Source of the DNA: Patella caerulea
Taxonomy: Eukaryota
Length of the DNA: 64,000 nt
Assembly (NCBI GenBank): GCA_036850965.1
Contig: JAZGQO010000009.1
Coordinates: 353,610-417,609 of the forward strand
Direction: 5' to 3'
Below, piece after piece: positions 1-11,120 of this stretch; the stretch's first letter is position 1, and every line of letters starts with the position of its first letter. The translations under genes and the position numbers were made by a program. The notes beneath the pieces were generated by a model. It was not told the DNA's origin. It made no database searches and was given only the letters and a program-made list of their open reading frames with translations.

Positions 1-2125
1 ATGGACATTAACAAAATGTTTATCTGCGATAGATCAAATATGCAATAGCAAAAATTGATTAAAGAGAGATAGGACGTTGACCACACTTCATTTCCAAGCC
101 ATTGCTATGAATCTGAACATTAATTGTAAAACAATTGGTAAAGAATACACGGACTTTGAACCCCAATTCATTTCTAGGACAAAGCTGGACCAAAACAATC
201 CCGTACATTTTATTACCAATTAGGACGAAATCAAAGACAAAATTGACAAGTCCAGATGACAGAACAACAATTGGCGAAGACTAACACGATAAAACCACCT
301 GCAATGCCAGCTTATTAGATATATTCCCATGAACAATGGATTGAATAATGTATTATTTATAGCACTCTAAAATCTCTCATGCAGCTTTCATTTCTCAATA
401 ACTCACTTTCTTTCCTCGATAACTTATTCATAAAGAAAATATTTCTTCCTGCCAAGAGTGTTTTAGAATATAATTACCACAATAATTAGCCATATAATGA
501 ATCTAATTTAGTATTAATGGGATCTGTAGGATAAATGGCATATGTATATTTTATGAATGTCCTTGGGTGAAATTCTTTCAGCTTGAGCAGAGTTTTTTTG
601 GTCTGGAAATTAATAGAATTAGACGAAGTAGGCGAGAACAAACAGCAGATATCCTGGACATAATAACTGTCTAATTCACATGGATATTTGAACTTTCAAT
701 ATTTTATGCTGTTCAATTTTGATTCAAAGGGTTTTTTCTTCACATTTTTCAGTACTAGACCCTATACTTGACCCTTGTGGGCACCACGACACGTCTGTAT
801 ACGATTCTGGTACTTATACCGTAGAGGATATAATACGTCACAGTCTTGTTTTGTATAAATCAGAATTTTTTTGATTGTGAGATTAAGGTTGACAACAACA
901 AAACAAAACATTAGTTGACTTACATGTAGAACAGCATAACATTATACAGGTTGCCAGTACTCTTCTAATCTTCGTCACTGGTAGACCTTTCATTGACATC
1001 AATAGTATCATATTACATTTCCCAGAAGGCCTAATACTCTGTAATCGGGTTTTTAGCGACATAATCATCAGCCATTATAACAGTACATGAAGCAGTGTAA
1101 TAGCTCTCCCGGGAAATATCGTGTTTTACTTCGGCTACACAACTCTCTCAAAACATATCATTTAATAAAGAGCCTTGCAGTGTTTAACGTCAAGGCTACC
1201 ATTTTGTAACTTTAATTCGCCGTAATATAAGATCTCGCGTGTATTATTATGTATCGTTAAAGAACTAGGTCCGATCGAAATTACGCAATTTATCATAATA
1301 TATTTGTGACACGAAGCAACGTGTGTTTTATCATAGTTATTATCGACAAAAATTATAGGTTCAATGAAATTAATTGGTTCAACGTCTAAATTTTCTGAAC
1401 AAACTGGGCTAATGCCGCGCGCTGGTGAGGTAAACTAGTGGGGACGGACATGTTGCCCGCACATCGGCGCCACGGTCTACTCTTATATCGAATTCAATGA
1501 AATTAGGTTTCACGGCAGTATCATATTATATCTAACTTCGGCTTTATGACGTCATTGGAACTACTTTTAAGTTCCGGATTAAAAATGTTGGCGCCCATGA
1601 AGACGCCTTTGAAGAATGTTTAACTCAAGACACTGTATATTTATATGTACTTTCAAGTATGAAATGAAAACTCTCACACTCTTCAAGCGACGCCATTTTG
1701 AGCGGCAATTTCCTAATAAGTAAATCGGAAGCCACTATACAATTGTATGGGTTTAGCTACTGCCACACAGTCGATGCTATGTAGTCTACACGGCTAACCT
1801 TCTGAACAAGCTGTGCCAATGCAGCGTGATTTGGGGAAATTTTTCCACGGTCTACATTTTTTTTACAAAACGGTGGTTCACTCTTTTTTTAACGTTAAAT
1901 ACAGACATTATCTGAATTAATGCTTCTATCACCAAGCGAGCAATCTGTTTCAGAGAGAATTACTTACGAATTATATCTGTAACAGATGATTGTCCACCAC
2001 AACCCGTGCGTTAACTGCACGCGGCGGTAGTCATTGGCTCAACGGCTCGTGCAATGTTTACTTAACACCTAACTGCCTCGGGCAAAATGATGCATTTTAC
2101 TCATTTTAATACCCATTTACACTAA

Positions 2126-2572
2126 TGTGACAAAGTGATCTCTACATCATATTGAAATATAAATATACAGATAGAACTTTCTGACCTCTGCTGATTTTTG
2201 ATCATTAATGATATTGACGTGTTCAACTCGACACAACTTCTTCAAGGCACGGACTTAATAAAACATCTAATGTGTTCAATATGTTATTTACGGACTACAC
2301 ACGAATGGCCTCTGCTCGTTTTAACAAAAGGCACGATCTCATTAAATATGCAGTGCAGTTACAGATACTATAATCTCATAAATAAACAATGCCAAATATG
2401 TACATCGCTTGTGTATCACTTTTCTTAATTAATTGTATGCTTTATAAGCCAGAGTTAACTGTTAGTTTCAGAAGACTTGGAATGGCGCTCCTCCTGGAGT
2501 ATGCCTATTTCATGCTCTCAATAAAGGTCTATCAACTATGCTGATATTCTGTTATCTGTATATAGTGTTACA
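2126..2572 (+). repeat. 5' LTR (447 bp, TGTGACAAAG...GTGTTACA; AATAAA at 2523-2528 about 45 bp from the 3' end)
   Basis: Identical to 5110-5556. TG..CA termini with a short terminal inverted repeat (TGTGAC / GTTACA). Confidence 0.9.
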
Positions 2573-4750
2573 GATATCAGATTTGGATGCCGTGACCGTC
2601 CTGGGTCGTATCAGATTTGGCGCCGTGAATCAGTGAACCAGACAGAACGGGATCCAGTCCCATGAAGCCGCAGGCAATCTTGTTAGACAGAATTCTCCAG
2701 TTAATCTGCAAGTTGAAAAGATTTTGGTTCCATTAGTAATCAACCGGGATTGTTAATTACAATTAGTCAAGATATCAGATTTGGTTGCTGTGACCGTCCT
2801 GGGTGGTATCAGATTTGGATGCCGTGACTATATGAACCTGGGAGTGAATCGCCATACCAGCGGGAAGTCCTTAACGGTGATCATGGGCCAATAATTACAG
2901 CCACAGCCAGCAGTCATGGAATCACTGACGTCCGGGTTCGATCCCGGGAGGAAACCCTTGGAAGAAGAAGTTTCCAGTCGTTTTAAGGTAGGTGCATATT
3001 TCCTTGTAACTGACAATGGAACGCCAAAAATGACCAAGGGATAATTTAAATTTTTTTTTAAAGATTAGGGATTTGATCAATATAAAGTTTTCAAAAAAAA
3101 TGGCAAACTAGTAAATAATTTAGTTAAGTAAATAAGAGTTAGGTTTACATATGGGTAAAAAATTTCTATAAACGTCGGAATAGATAAGAATTCTAAAATT
3201 GAAACGGTATAACGACGCAAAAAGAAATACAATGCAGCCTCCGTTTTATAAGGTTATAGATCGTAATAATGTAATGTAGTGTTATGTCCAAATAATGTAT
3301 ATATATGTGTTTAACCAGGTTTGGTTAACGTGTGGATCTGTGTAAAATCCGTTTTTAAGTTTAGGGAAAAGGAAAATGCCCAAGGAAAATTTAAAACTTA
3401 ATGGCCCTTTGTGTGGGTTGGTATTAAGTTTTAAAAAAATGTTTAAATTGAAACTGGGTGCATTGCAATATATAGCGAGTAGCTTATGCAATATAACTGT
3501 TTCTGAGTTATTCGTGTTGTTTTGTTAAAAAATTATAAAGGAGAATAAGTTTTAAGTAATATTCAAACCAAAAACAAAGTATAACGTGGTAAAATGGATA
3601 ATTTAAAGTTGAATTTGAATGTGCGATTAGCTGTCGAATACATTTTGAATTACCTGATATGCCATGAGTAGTGTTGCGTAAAACTATACTAATGTATTGG
3701 AAACGTCAAGAATTGTAAATTGTTATTTTGTTATATGTGATAAATGTCAGGAATGTCATAACTTATGGATTATGGTTATCTATTTTATTTTACAACCAGG
3801 AGTATAATACAATTAGGGTCTTGAAATAAATACTGAACCCTTGGATTCTAGAAGCTGTTTCTCGTTTGAATGCAGAACGAAATGTTAATAGGGAGTATCT
3901 ATATGGACATCTCACACAGGCACATGTCTGTCTTTTCTGTTCTCAGCGTGTAAGATAGCACCCCTTGGCTACAAGCTTGTGATATATACACGAAGCTCTA
4001 TATAGCACCAATGTTAAGACGGGTTATAATCTTAACCTGTCAATGTCAATTAGTAAAGCAGACTACTAATGAATTTCAATGTTATTAATGACTTTAGGTG
4101 ATAAGTACTAATTAATACTGCTTATTTTTACTTAGGGGCAGATTAAATTCTATTGTTAATAGTTTATTCACTTAAAAGTAAATACAATTTTGATTTTAAA
4201 TAAACTTAAGTGTAAGAATATGATTAAGTATTATGACATCCAATTGAAATCAATGCTATAAATTAAGGGTAATGTAATTGTAATTGGTCTAATTTAGCAA
4301 GTACATTGATCATTTATGGGATTTATTGTACCTTATCTTAACGTACCCCAACGTTGAACCAGACCAGGGCATTCCAGTATGTCAAAAGCTATGACCCTCA
4401 AGCCCAGTTTGCAGAAGTGCCTACGTGCATCAAATTAGCTGTGCAAGAAAAAGAACAATTCTAACATGACCTGAACTTATTCAGTGGTGGCAACAGTGAA
4501 ATTATTGACATTGAAAAAGTGTTTTTTGATTTTTTTTTTCGGTTGGAACGTATAACCGAGTATTTATATTGAACTTATATTATTGTAGCGAGTATTTATA
4601 TTGAACTTATATTATTGTAGCATGTTTATCAATGTAATTGTTTTTATAGAATTAGGACTTGACTTTGTGATGTCCATATAAAATGTTTTCAAGTGTTGAT
4701 ATTGATATTGTATTGTATTTAATGTATGTTAGATAACGATAATTAAGGGG

Positions 4751-4852
4751 ATGGTGTCGGCTGAGACCGAGGACGAGAATACGCTCCATGGAACAGATGT
4801 TTCCACACCAGCACCAAGAAATAAACAAGTGTCATTCACTTTGTCATAATTA
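4751..4852 (+). pseudogene. env: env 3'-terminal remnant (last 33 codons plus stop) retained in the deleted element
   Basis: Translation MVSAETEDENTLHGTDVSTPAPRNKQVSFTLS* aligns to the C-terminus of the 647-aa env (MVSAETEDGNTFAGTDDSTPALRHNPVTLTLS). Downstream 3' UTR (4930-5060) is homologous to 58130-58260 (reverse complement). Confidence 0.75.
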
Positions 4853-5095
4853 ATCAAGAGGAATGCCAGAATTTAATGGTATGTTATCGTCCTACAAAAG
4901 TCTAGGACCTAGTGTTCCGAAAATATCATATAACTATATAATCGCGTGTGTTTTCATTACTATTATTATATCGTGTGTGCTCTTCTTAATTCGTGTGTGA
5001 TTTAACTTAATTGTGTGTACCTTCAATTGATATGAAGACAGTGTCCCACCTGTGAGAATGGTATTAGTTATTTATTTTTAATAAATAACTTAAAT

Positions 5096-5109
5096 GGGTG
5101 GGGATGGAA
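5096..5109 (+). promoter_or_regulatory. polypurine tract (plus-strand primer) GGGTGGGGATGGAA abutting 3' LTR
   Basis: Purine run immediately 5' of the LTR TG; the equivalent GGTGATGAAGGAA is present in the large element. Confidence 0.6.
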
Positions 5110-5556
5110 TGTGACAAAGTGATCTCTACATCATATTGAAATATAAATATACAGATAGAACTTTCTGACCTCTGCTGATTTTTGATCATTAATGATATTG
5201 ACGTGTTCAACTCGACACAACTTCTTCAAGGCACGGACTTAATAAAACATCTAATGTGTTCAATATGTTATTTACGGACTACACACGAATGGCCTCTGCT
5301 CGTTTTAACAAAAGGCACGATCTCATTAAATATGCAGTGCAGTTACAGATACTATAATCTCATAAATAAACAATGCCAAATATGTACATCGCTTGTGTAT
5401 CACTTTTCTTAATTAATTGTATGCTTTATAAGCCAGAGTTAACTGTTAGTTTCAGAAGACTTGGAATGGCGCTCCTCCTGGAGTATGCCTATTTCATGCT
5501 CTCAATAAAGGTCTATCAACTATGCTGATATTCTGTTATCTGTATATAGTGTTACA
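5110..5556 (+). repeat. 3' LTR (447 bp), identical to 2126-2572
   Basis: Exact sequence repeat; directly preceded by a polypurine tract. Confidence 0.9.
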
Positions 5557-6509
5557 CTAAATAGGAAATATGTTTTAACTACAAATACTTCAAACGTCTT
5601 TATTTATTTTTCTTTTACCTCAAAAAAATGTTTGAGAATTTAATTTGTCGGAGTAAAAAAGATAATATGCCGTACTCGTTAAGGCTCGTCGATGTCATGC
5701 TTATCAGTGATTGTAGCGGCCAAGCGAACATTCACTGCGGGATCAGTTTGCCAAGCGTGGTTTAACTCAGAACTTGGTCAAAGGGCCTGGTATAAAAACA
5801 GTGCCTAGTCCTTCGGAATGCGCTCAAAAGAACCCGGGCACTTTGAATTCGATGATGAGTAGACGGAAACATTGCTGTCCTGAAAAAATATTTCTTTCAT
5901 TACATACTGCATTACAAATTAATATGCCCATCTGCAGTTAGTCCTGAAAAATATTTCATTCATTGCATATTGCAATACATATTAATATGCCCATCTGCAG
6001 TACGTCCAGTAGGTGTTGAAACGTAAAGGTCAGATATTGTGGTGGTCAAGGATGATCAGTAATATGAATGAATAACAGGATTTATATGACTTGAATAATA
6101 CATATCTCATTTACACAGAACATATCAATTTTCACCTTAACGCTTATTATCTTACCGTTGAGTTCTCCCTAAACACCATTATTTTCCCTGATTTCAGCCA
6201 TCTTTATGATATTAGAGATTAATTATTGATAAGTTACTCTATAGCATCCTGTCCTTGACAATATTCCACTGTGAAATAATTTATAACAGTCTTACAATAA
6301 AAACTATGTGCTTAGTAATTATGTTTTCTGACTTTTATGTACCGAACAAAACCTCGTAATTATACGTACTGTTCTTTCTTGTAATAATATCACCCAACCC
6401 TCTCCCTCATCAAGATATTATGTCATTAAAACACAACGACAAATTATGTTATTGTTCTAAAAACAACATTACATATTTTGGTAGATATTGTTTTCCGTAC
6501 AACTATATC

Positions 6510-6690
6510 CGGGGGTGCTTAGCCCCTGTGACATGGTTGATTTTCATTTGCGTTTGCTTTGTTACTGATATAGTTCACATATCTGCTCTTTAATAGATGA
6601 TATAAACATCCAAGGTTGCAACGTGTTACCCTTTGTTCCAATGTATGCCCCACCCCCTCGACAAAATCCTGGATAGGGGCCTGCTATTGC
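6510..6690 (+). repeat. dispersed repeat (family D); inverted partner at 53710-53885
   Basis: GTTTGCTTTGTTACTG.T.TAGTTCACATATCTGCTCTTTAATAGATGATA.AAAC ... GGTTGCAACGT.TTAC..TTTGTTCCAATGT.TGCCCC.CCCC in both, opposite strands. Confidence 0.6.
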
Positions 6691-6721
6691 ATGTGGTGAG
6701 CGACTTCGAACATCGTCAATA

Positions 6722-6890
6722 ACATAGAATGGTTCGATAATTTTTAGACGGATATATGGTAATTTTTAGACAGATATATGGTAATGGTTAGACAAATATG
6801 TCGCAATTTGTTTAGACAAATCTGTCGAAATTTTATTTAGACAAATTTGTAGCAGTATGTAGACAAATATACTGTAATTCTTATTCAATG
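6722..6890. repeat. minisatellite, about 22-24-bp unit (TTTAGACAAATATGTCGCAATT), about 7 copies
   Basis: TTAGAC(A/G)(A/G)ATAT.TGG/TCG repeated head to tail. Confidence 0.7.
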
Positions 6891-7779
6891 TTAAAGGGTA
6901 CAACAAAGTGTGATATAATTTTCCCTGAGCAGTAGTATTTCTGCCCCCATACGTACCAGTTAAAATGACCGTATATCACAGGATCCACGGTGGTTAATTG
7001 GGTAAGACACTGGCTCGCCTGCCCAACGGCCATGAAGGATCCACTAGCTGTTGGAATTAGATATCAGAGAAGGCCTTAGCGTCGCTGTCCGAGCAAAATT
7101 TCCCAGTAGCACACTGTATGGTGTATGCCCGTCTTCTTTAGCGTAGCCAGAGCAGTAGGCTGTTTAAAAACTCAATTTCATTTCATTTTGGTATATGACC
7201 GACTAAAAGACCCAATAAAATATCGACAATGACAGGAAGAATATTGTGCTTTTCTTCAAAAGTTACCGTGACTTTGTTAATACGGTGTACAAACTTGTAC
7301 AAGTGCATATTGTAGAGTTGTAACTGATAGAACTGGGCTGAAATACGATGGAAACATTGTAAATAACCACCTTTGTGGTTATAAATGTTCGTTTCATATA
7401 ATTATTTGTCTAGAATTTGGGTTGTCTAAAGCCATTAATCCCAAGCTTTCTGTATTAGGTCTTATTATTTATTATACGTGGTCTGGGCATAATTTCTTGG
7501 TTGAAGACACGCAATGGAATTGTCGCACATCCTAAATAACGTCATGCTTTAATACATCAACCGAGATCATGAGGACATGCCCTTGTCATACGCTGTGGTA
7601 TCTGGGGGTGGTGGTGGGGTGCAGACAACTTTCATTCATTCCAACTGCCAAGGATTCTCTTACATTGGAAAATTTCAACAGCTCATTCAAAGTGTAATTT
7701 GATATTTTTTAAATATTATAATAGTTTTCATTATTATAATAGTAGCATCTCTATTAGATGAACGCCAATATAGGGACTC

Positions 7780-7960
7780 GACCAGGCGATATTCATTGCC
7801 TTGCCGTCCGCCCTGCACCATTTTACAGGGAAGCCATATTGAAAATTTCCGATGAATTCTCGTGGCCAACGCCGGGATCGAATCCGGAACGTTTGGGACA
7901 TTGAGCGTCACAACAACGACCAACACGTAAGGAAACATGGATCTGACAACCTGAGAATCT
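7780..7960 (-). repeat. possible tRNA-derived SINE head (B-box GGATTCGATCCCGGCG) on minus strand
   Basis: Reverse complement reads ...GTGTTGGTCGTTGTTGTGACGCTCAATGTCCCAAACGTTCCGGATTCGATCCCGGCGTTGGCCACG. Confidence 0.3.
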
Positions 7961-8954
7961 TTTGCGAGCAAGCCGGTTGTTTCACATCCAATCAGAAAGT
8001 ATTGTACCACTTCAGATGGGAATTCAGGCTAGAAATGTCGAAGTTAATCAACTACTAAAAAGGTCACGTGTTCTTGTCGAATTTCGTTATAATTCAACTA
8101 TTTTAATAATGAAAGAATGGTCTGAACGATCTGCCATGCAGCCCCCGAGATCTGACCAAAAGGTAATAAATAAAGCAGACGAAGAAGAATCTCAACAAGA
8201 TCAATAGCGTTTCACATCGAAACGGTGTGTAACCCTAAAAACATCACTGTTATTGCAATTGTTCAGCATCTATGGATCGACATTGATTTCCTAAAAGAAT
8301 CTGAGTAATAGAATAACCGAGCTATGATGGTAAAAATTACAAATTCATAGATTTATATCAAGATATATATATTTAATGATTAATATCAGACGACCGACAT
8401 TGAAACAATATCCGATGTAAGCGTTGCGTCACGGAGCAGACGAGATTCGAGCCATAAAGGAAATCATATCAAAAGAAAATGTCAAAGATATTAAGATTAA
8501 TTTGACCCTATTTAGTGGGGAATCAAGTAGTATTATCCCGTACATGAATCAAGCGCTTGTCTTTTAGAAATGTTGAGAGAGTAGGTCCAACGATGTCCAT
8601 TTTAATACCAGATTGATGCACGACTCACATAATAATAAACACAAAGGAGGACTAGTTTCTTTCAATAGTCTCTCTGGTCCTATACATAAAAACAAATATG
8701 TTTGCTTTAGGCTCAGATGGTAAGTTCTGGAAATGATCATTTTGGAGAGTATTGACAGAAAACCACATGGTAAATTATAAAGTAATGGTCTTTTGGGACT
8801 GGATTCCGTCTGTTAAGGGATTCTGGATGAACTTTGGCGTCTTCCAAAACACACATACAGACACAAATTGAGAGAAAAATAAAATAATTATTTCCCAATT
8901 TAAATCAGACGGAGACCAATTTGATGAAAAATTCAGTAATTGTTAAATTAATTA

Positions 8955-9395
8955 TTAATCATTTTAGTATGCAACGGAGTCGTGAAGTCTCCTGACTGCC
9001 CACACTTTTTTAAAAAATGTTTTAAAGGGAACCTGTAATATCTTTGTTATTTGGTTTAGTTGGTTGCTTAGCCGCTAAGTCTCCTGGTTGTCAACACATT
9101 TTTGTGTTTATTTTTTTTTTCATTGTTAAAACAAAGCTTAAAGGGACACGGCGGTGTCATCTATTCTATTTTGTTCAGGTCGCTGTCAACACAATTTTTA
9201 ATAATTTATATTTATTAAGACAGTGCTTAAAGGGAAATTGTGGAATCAGCTATTTTTTAGCCGTCAAGTCTCTTGGCTGTCACCGCATTTTGTTTAAATT
9301 AAAATGTTTAGTTCGCTATCGAGTCGTAATGTCTTGTTGCTGTCAACACATTTTGTAATCATACCAGAGCTTAAAGGGACACAATAATCTCTTCG
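8955..9395. repeat. tandem repeat, about 80-90-bp unit, about 5 copies (GTCGCTGTCAACACAATTTT...CTTAAAGGGACAC)
   Basis: Recurrent AAGTCTCCTG.(C/T)TG(T/C)CAACACATTTT and GCTTAAAGGGA(C/A)A motifs at about 8985, 9070, 9180, 9255 and 9330. Confidence 0.6.
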
Positions 9396-9409
9396 TTGTG
9401 AACATAACA

Positions 9410-10415
9410 TAAATATTTGTCGTTTTAGAGTGAATAACATATTTTATTTCATCGAGAAGCAAGAAAACTTATATACTCTTCAAAAAAAGAAACGCACAAC
9501 TCATTTTTCATCAATGTTTTGTTTGAACGAGGTCGTTGTTTCGGTAAATCTTACTTGTTTTCAATGCCATTATGTAAGGATAAAAGAAATTCATTATTGA
9601 TTTTAAAGGTCGGGTCACTAATTGTGACTGGTCATCCTTTTTGTCGAAATTTGTTATCGCTTGATTACACCAAGAAACATGAATTTAACTACTTCGCGAG
9701 TTTTTCGCATGGAACCTATATCTAACGTCTTTAAAATCCCGGGGTTCTCGGTTTCCAAATCAGTTGCACATGTAAACATTCGACGAACCAAATGATGTCA
9801 CATCTGAACGAAGACCAACACAACAACGCTATTGGGCGATTACAAGCAGGTGAACCCAAGATAGATGTAGCCAGGCTGCTGAATGTTTCTCTTGGTTCCA
9901 TTTCTCGCCTTTGGGATGGGTACCCACAACAAAGTTCAACACGTTACCGCCCTAGCTCAGGCCAAACAAGAGTGACCCCACCTGCCCTGGATCGTCACTT
10001 CCGGTTACGTCATTGGCGTAAATGGTTTTCTCAACAGCGACCTCTACTGCAGCAGCAATTCCCGGACAACGTAGAACCTCGTACTAGACAGTAGGTAAAC
10101 GCCTACGTGAAACCGAATAACGAGGCAGACGTCCCCGTTAGAGCTTCTGTTTTGAAATACGCCAACACCTTGAGATCCAACTTTAATGGATCAGGCACTG
10201 ACGGTATGGACATAGCAACACTGGAGAGAAGTTTGGTTCAGCGACGTGTCGCGGTTCTTGTTGCAACAAGGATATACCGACGACGAAATGTAACTTTGCG
10301 TTTCTTTTTAGGGAGAGTATATTTTCACGAATGCGCAGCATGAGTGAAAATATAAACGTTTTCTTGCTTAGAGATGAAATAAAATATGTTATTCACGACA
10401 AAACGACAAATGTTC
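9410..10415 (+). mobile_element. internally deleted Tc1/mariner-like element with approximately 62-bp terminal inverted repeats
   Basis: Left TIR 9413-9476 AAATATTTGTCGTTTTAGAGTGAATAACATATTTTATTTCATCGAGAAGCAAGAAAAC. Reverse complement of 10349-10413 gives AACATTTGTCGTTTTGTCGTGAATAACATATTTTATTTCATCTCTAAGCAAGAAAAC. Confidence 0.7.
9792..10094 (+). pseudogene. Tc1-like transposase N-terminal HTH/paired-like DNA-binding region only (catalytic DDE domain deleted)
   Basis: The 100-aa ORF shares the pattern L.......A.G.LQ.G......AR..NVS...ISRLW..Y......RP.SG..R.T....DR with the N-terminus of the Tc1-like transposase at 56283-56591(-). Confidence 0.6.
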
Positions 10416-10860
10416 TATTTATTTTATGATTTTACAATCATTTTAGGTAAAACATGGACAACTTTGCTAGCCAGTGGAATAACACTTTTATTTCACTGAT
10501 AAAACGCGGTATTCCACTACTGATCATAAAATAAAAGGAAATATTGGAATCTACAATCATGGTTTATTTAGTATCATTTACAGGAAATAAATTGGTTCAG
10601 TGCCCCACTCGTCAGCACAATACTTCGAACATCTTGAGTTTATTTCGTTCTATGGTCACGTGTGCCCGAACAGGTGCCTTTCCGCCCCTCTCCTGTTTAT
10701 CGAATTCAAACTCTCATGGGCGCCCGCACCCACTTGGATAATCCGCCTGTGACCAGCATCATGAAATGTTTGTTAACCAATCATAAAGAAATTGTGGCTT
10801 CAATATTAACATAGATTGGAATAGGGAAAAACAACCGCCAAGGTCGACCAACCACCGTTC

Positions 10861-11120
10861 CAGTCAGGCGCGGATCTAGTGGGGGGGCGCATCCGGCGCA
10901 CGCCCCCTCTATTTTTTGAGGTGTCGAACAATTTTTAGCTCCATATATTCTCGCGAGAAAGGAGAGCGAAAATAGTTTAGGTTGGAAATCGTAATTTACA
11001 GTACTAGTACAAAATCAATCCTTGTGGGCATTTTTTTACACTCAAAACTCAAGGTTCCGGGGTTCGCACTCCCAAGCTGGTGCAGCACGCCCCCTCTTTC
11101 TGAAAATCCTGGATCCGCCC
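10861..11120. mobile_element. possible small MITE with imperfect TIRs GGCG(C)GGATC(T/C)AG and G/C homopolymer-rich subtermini
   Basis: 10861 GGCGCGGATCTAGTGGGGGGGCG versus reverse complement of 11085-11120 CACTGGCATGGGCGGATCCAGGATT. The GCACGCCCCCTCT motif is inverted at both ends. Confidence 0.3.

Larger units (their letters stand above)
2126..5556 (+). mobile_element. non-autonomous (internally deleted) LTR retrotransposon of the same family: LTR, 5' UTR repeats, non-coding interior, env 3' remnant, polypurine tract, LTR; flanked by 4-bp TSD CTAA
   Basis: Two 447-bp LTRs are 100% identical over the parts I compared (ORFs 2198-2428 and 5182-5412 have identical translations). CTAA at 2122-2125 and 5557-5560. 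Polypurine tract GGGTGGGGATGGAA at 5096-5109. No gag/pol ORF between the LTRs. Confidence 0.85.

Noticed and set aside
2198-2428. 76-aa ORF, duplicated exactly at 5182-5412
   Set aside because: Both copies sit inside the identical LTRs of the non-autonomous retrotransposon. The identity reflects the LTR duplication, and the peptide has no recognisable features.
2573-2640. Candidate primer-binding site TGGCGCCGTGAATCAG about 45 nt downstream of the 5' LTR
   Set aside because: Kept only as a remark under the non-autonomous element. It lies too far from the LTR edge and sits within a locally repeated motif (TATCAGATTTGG x4), and I cannot match it to a specific tRNA 3' end without a tRNA set.
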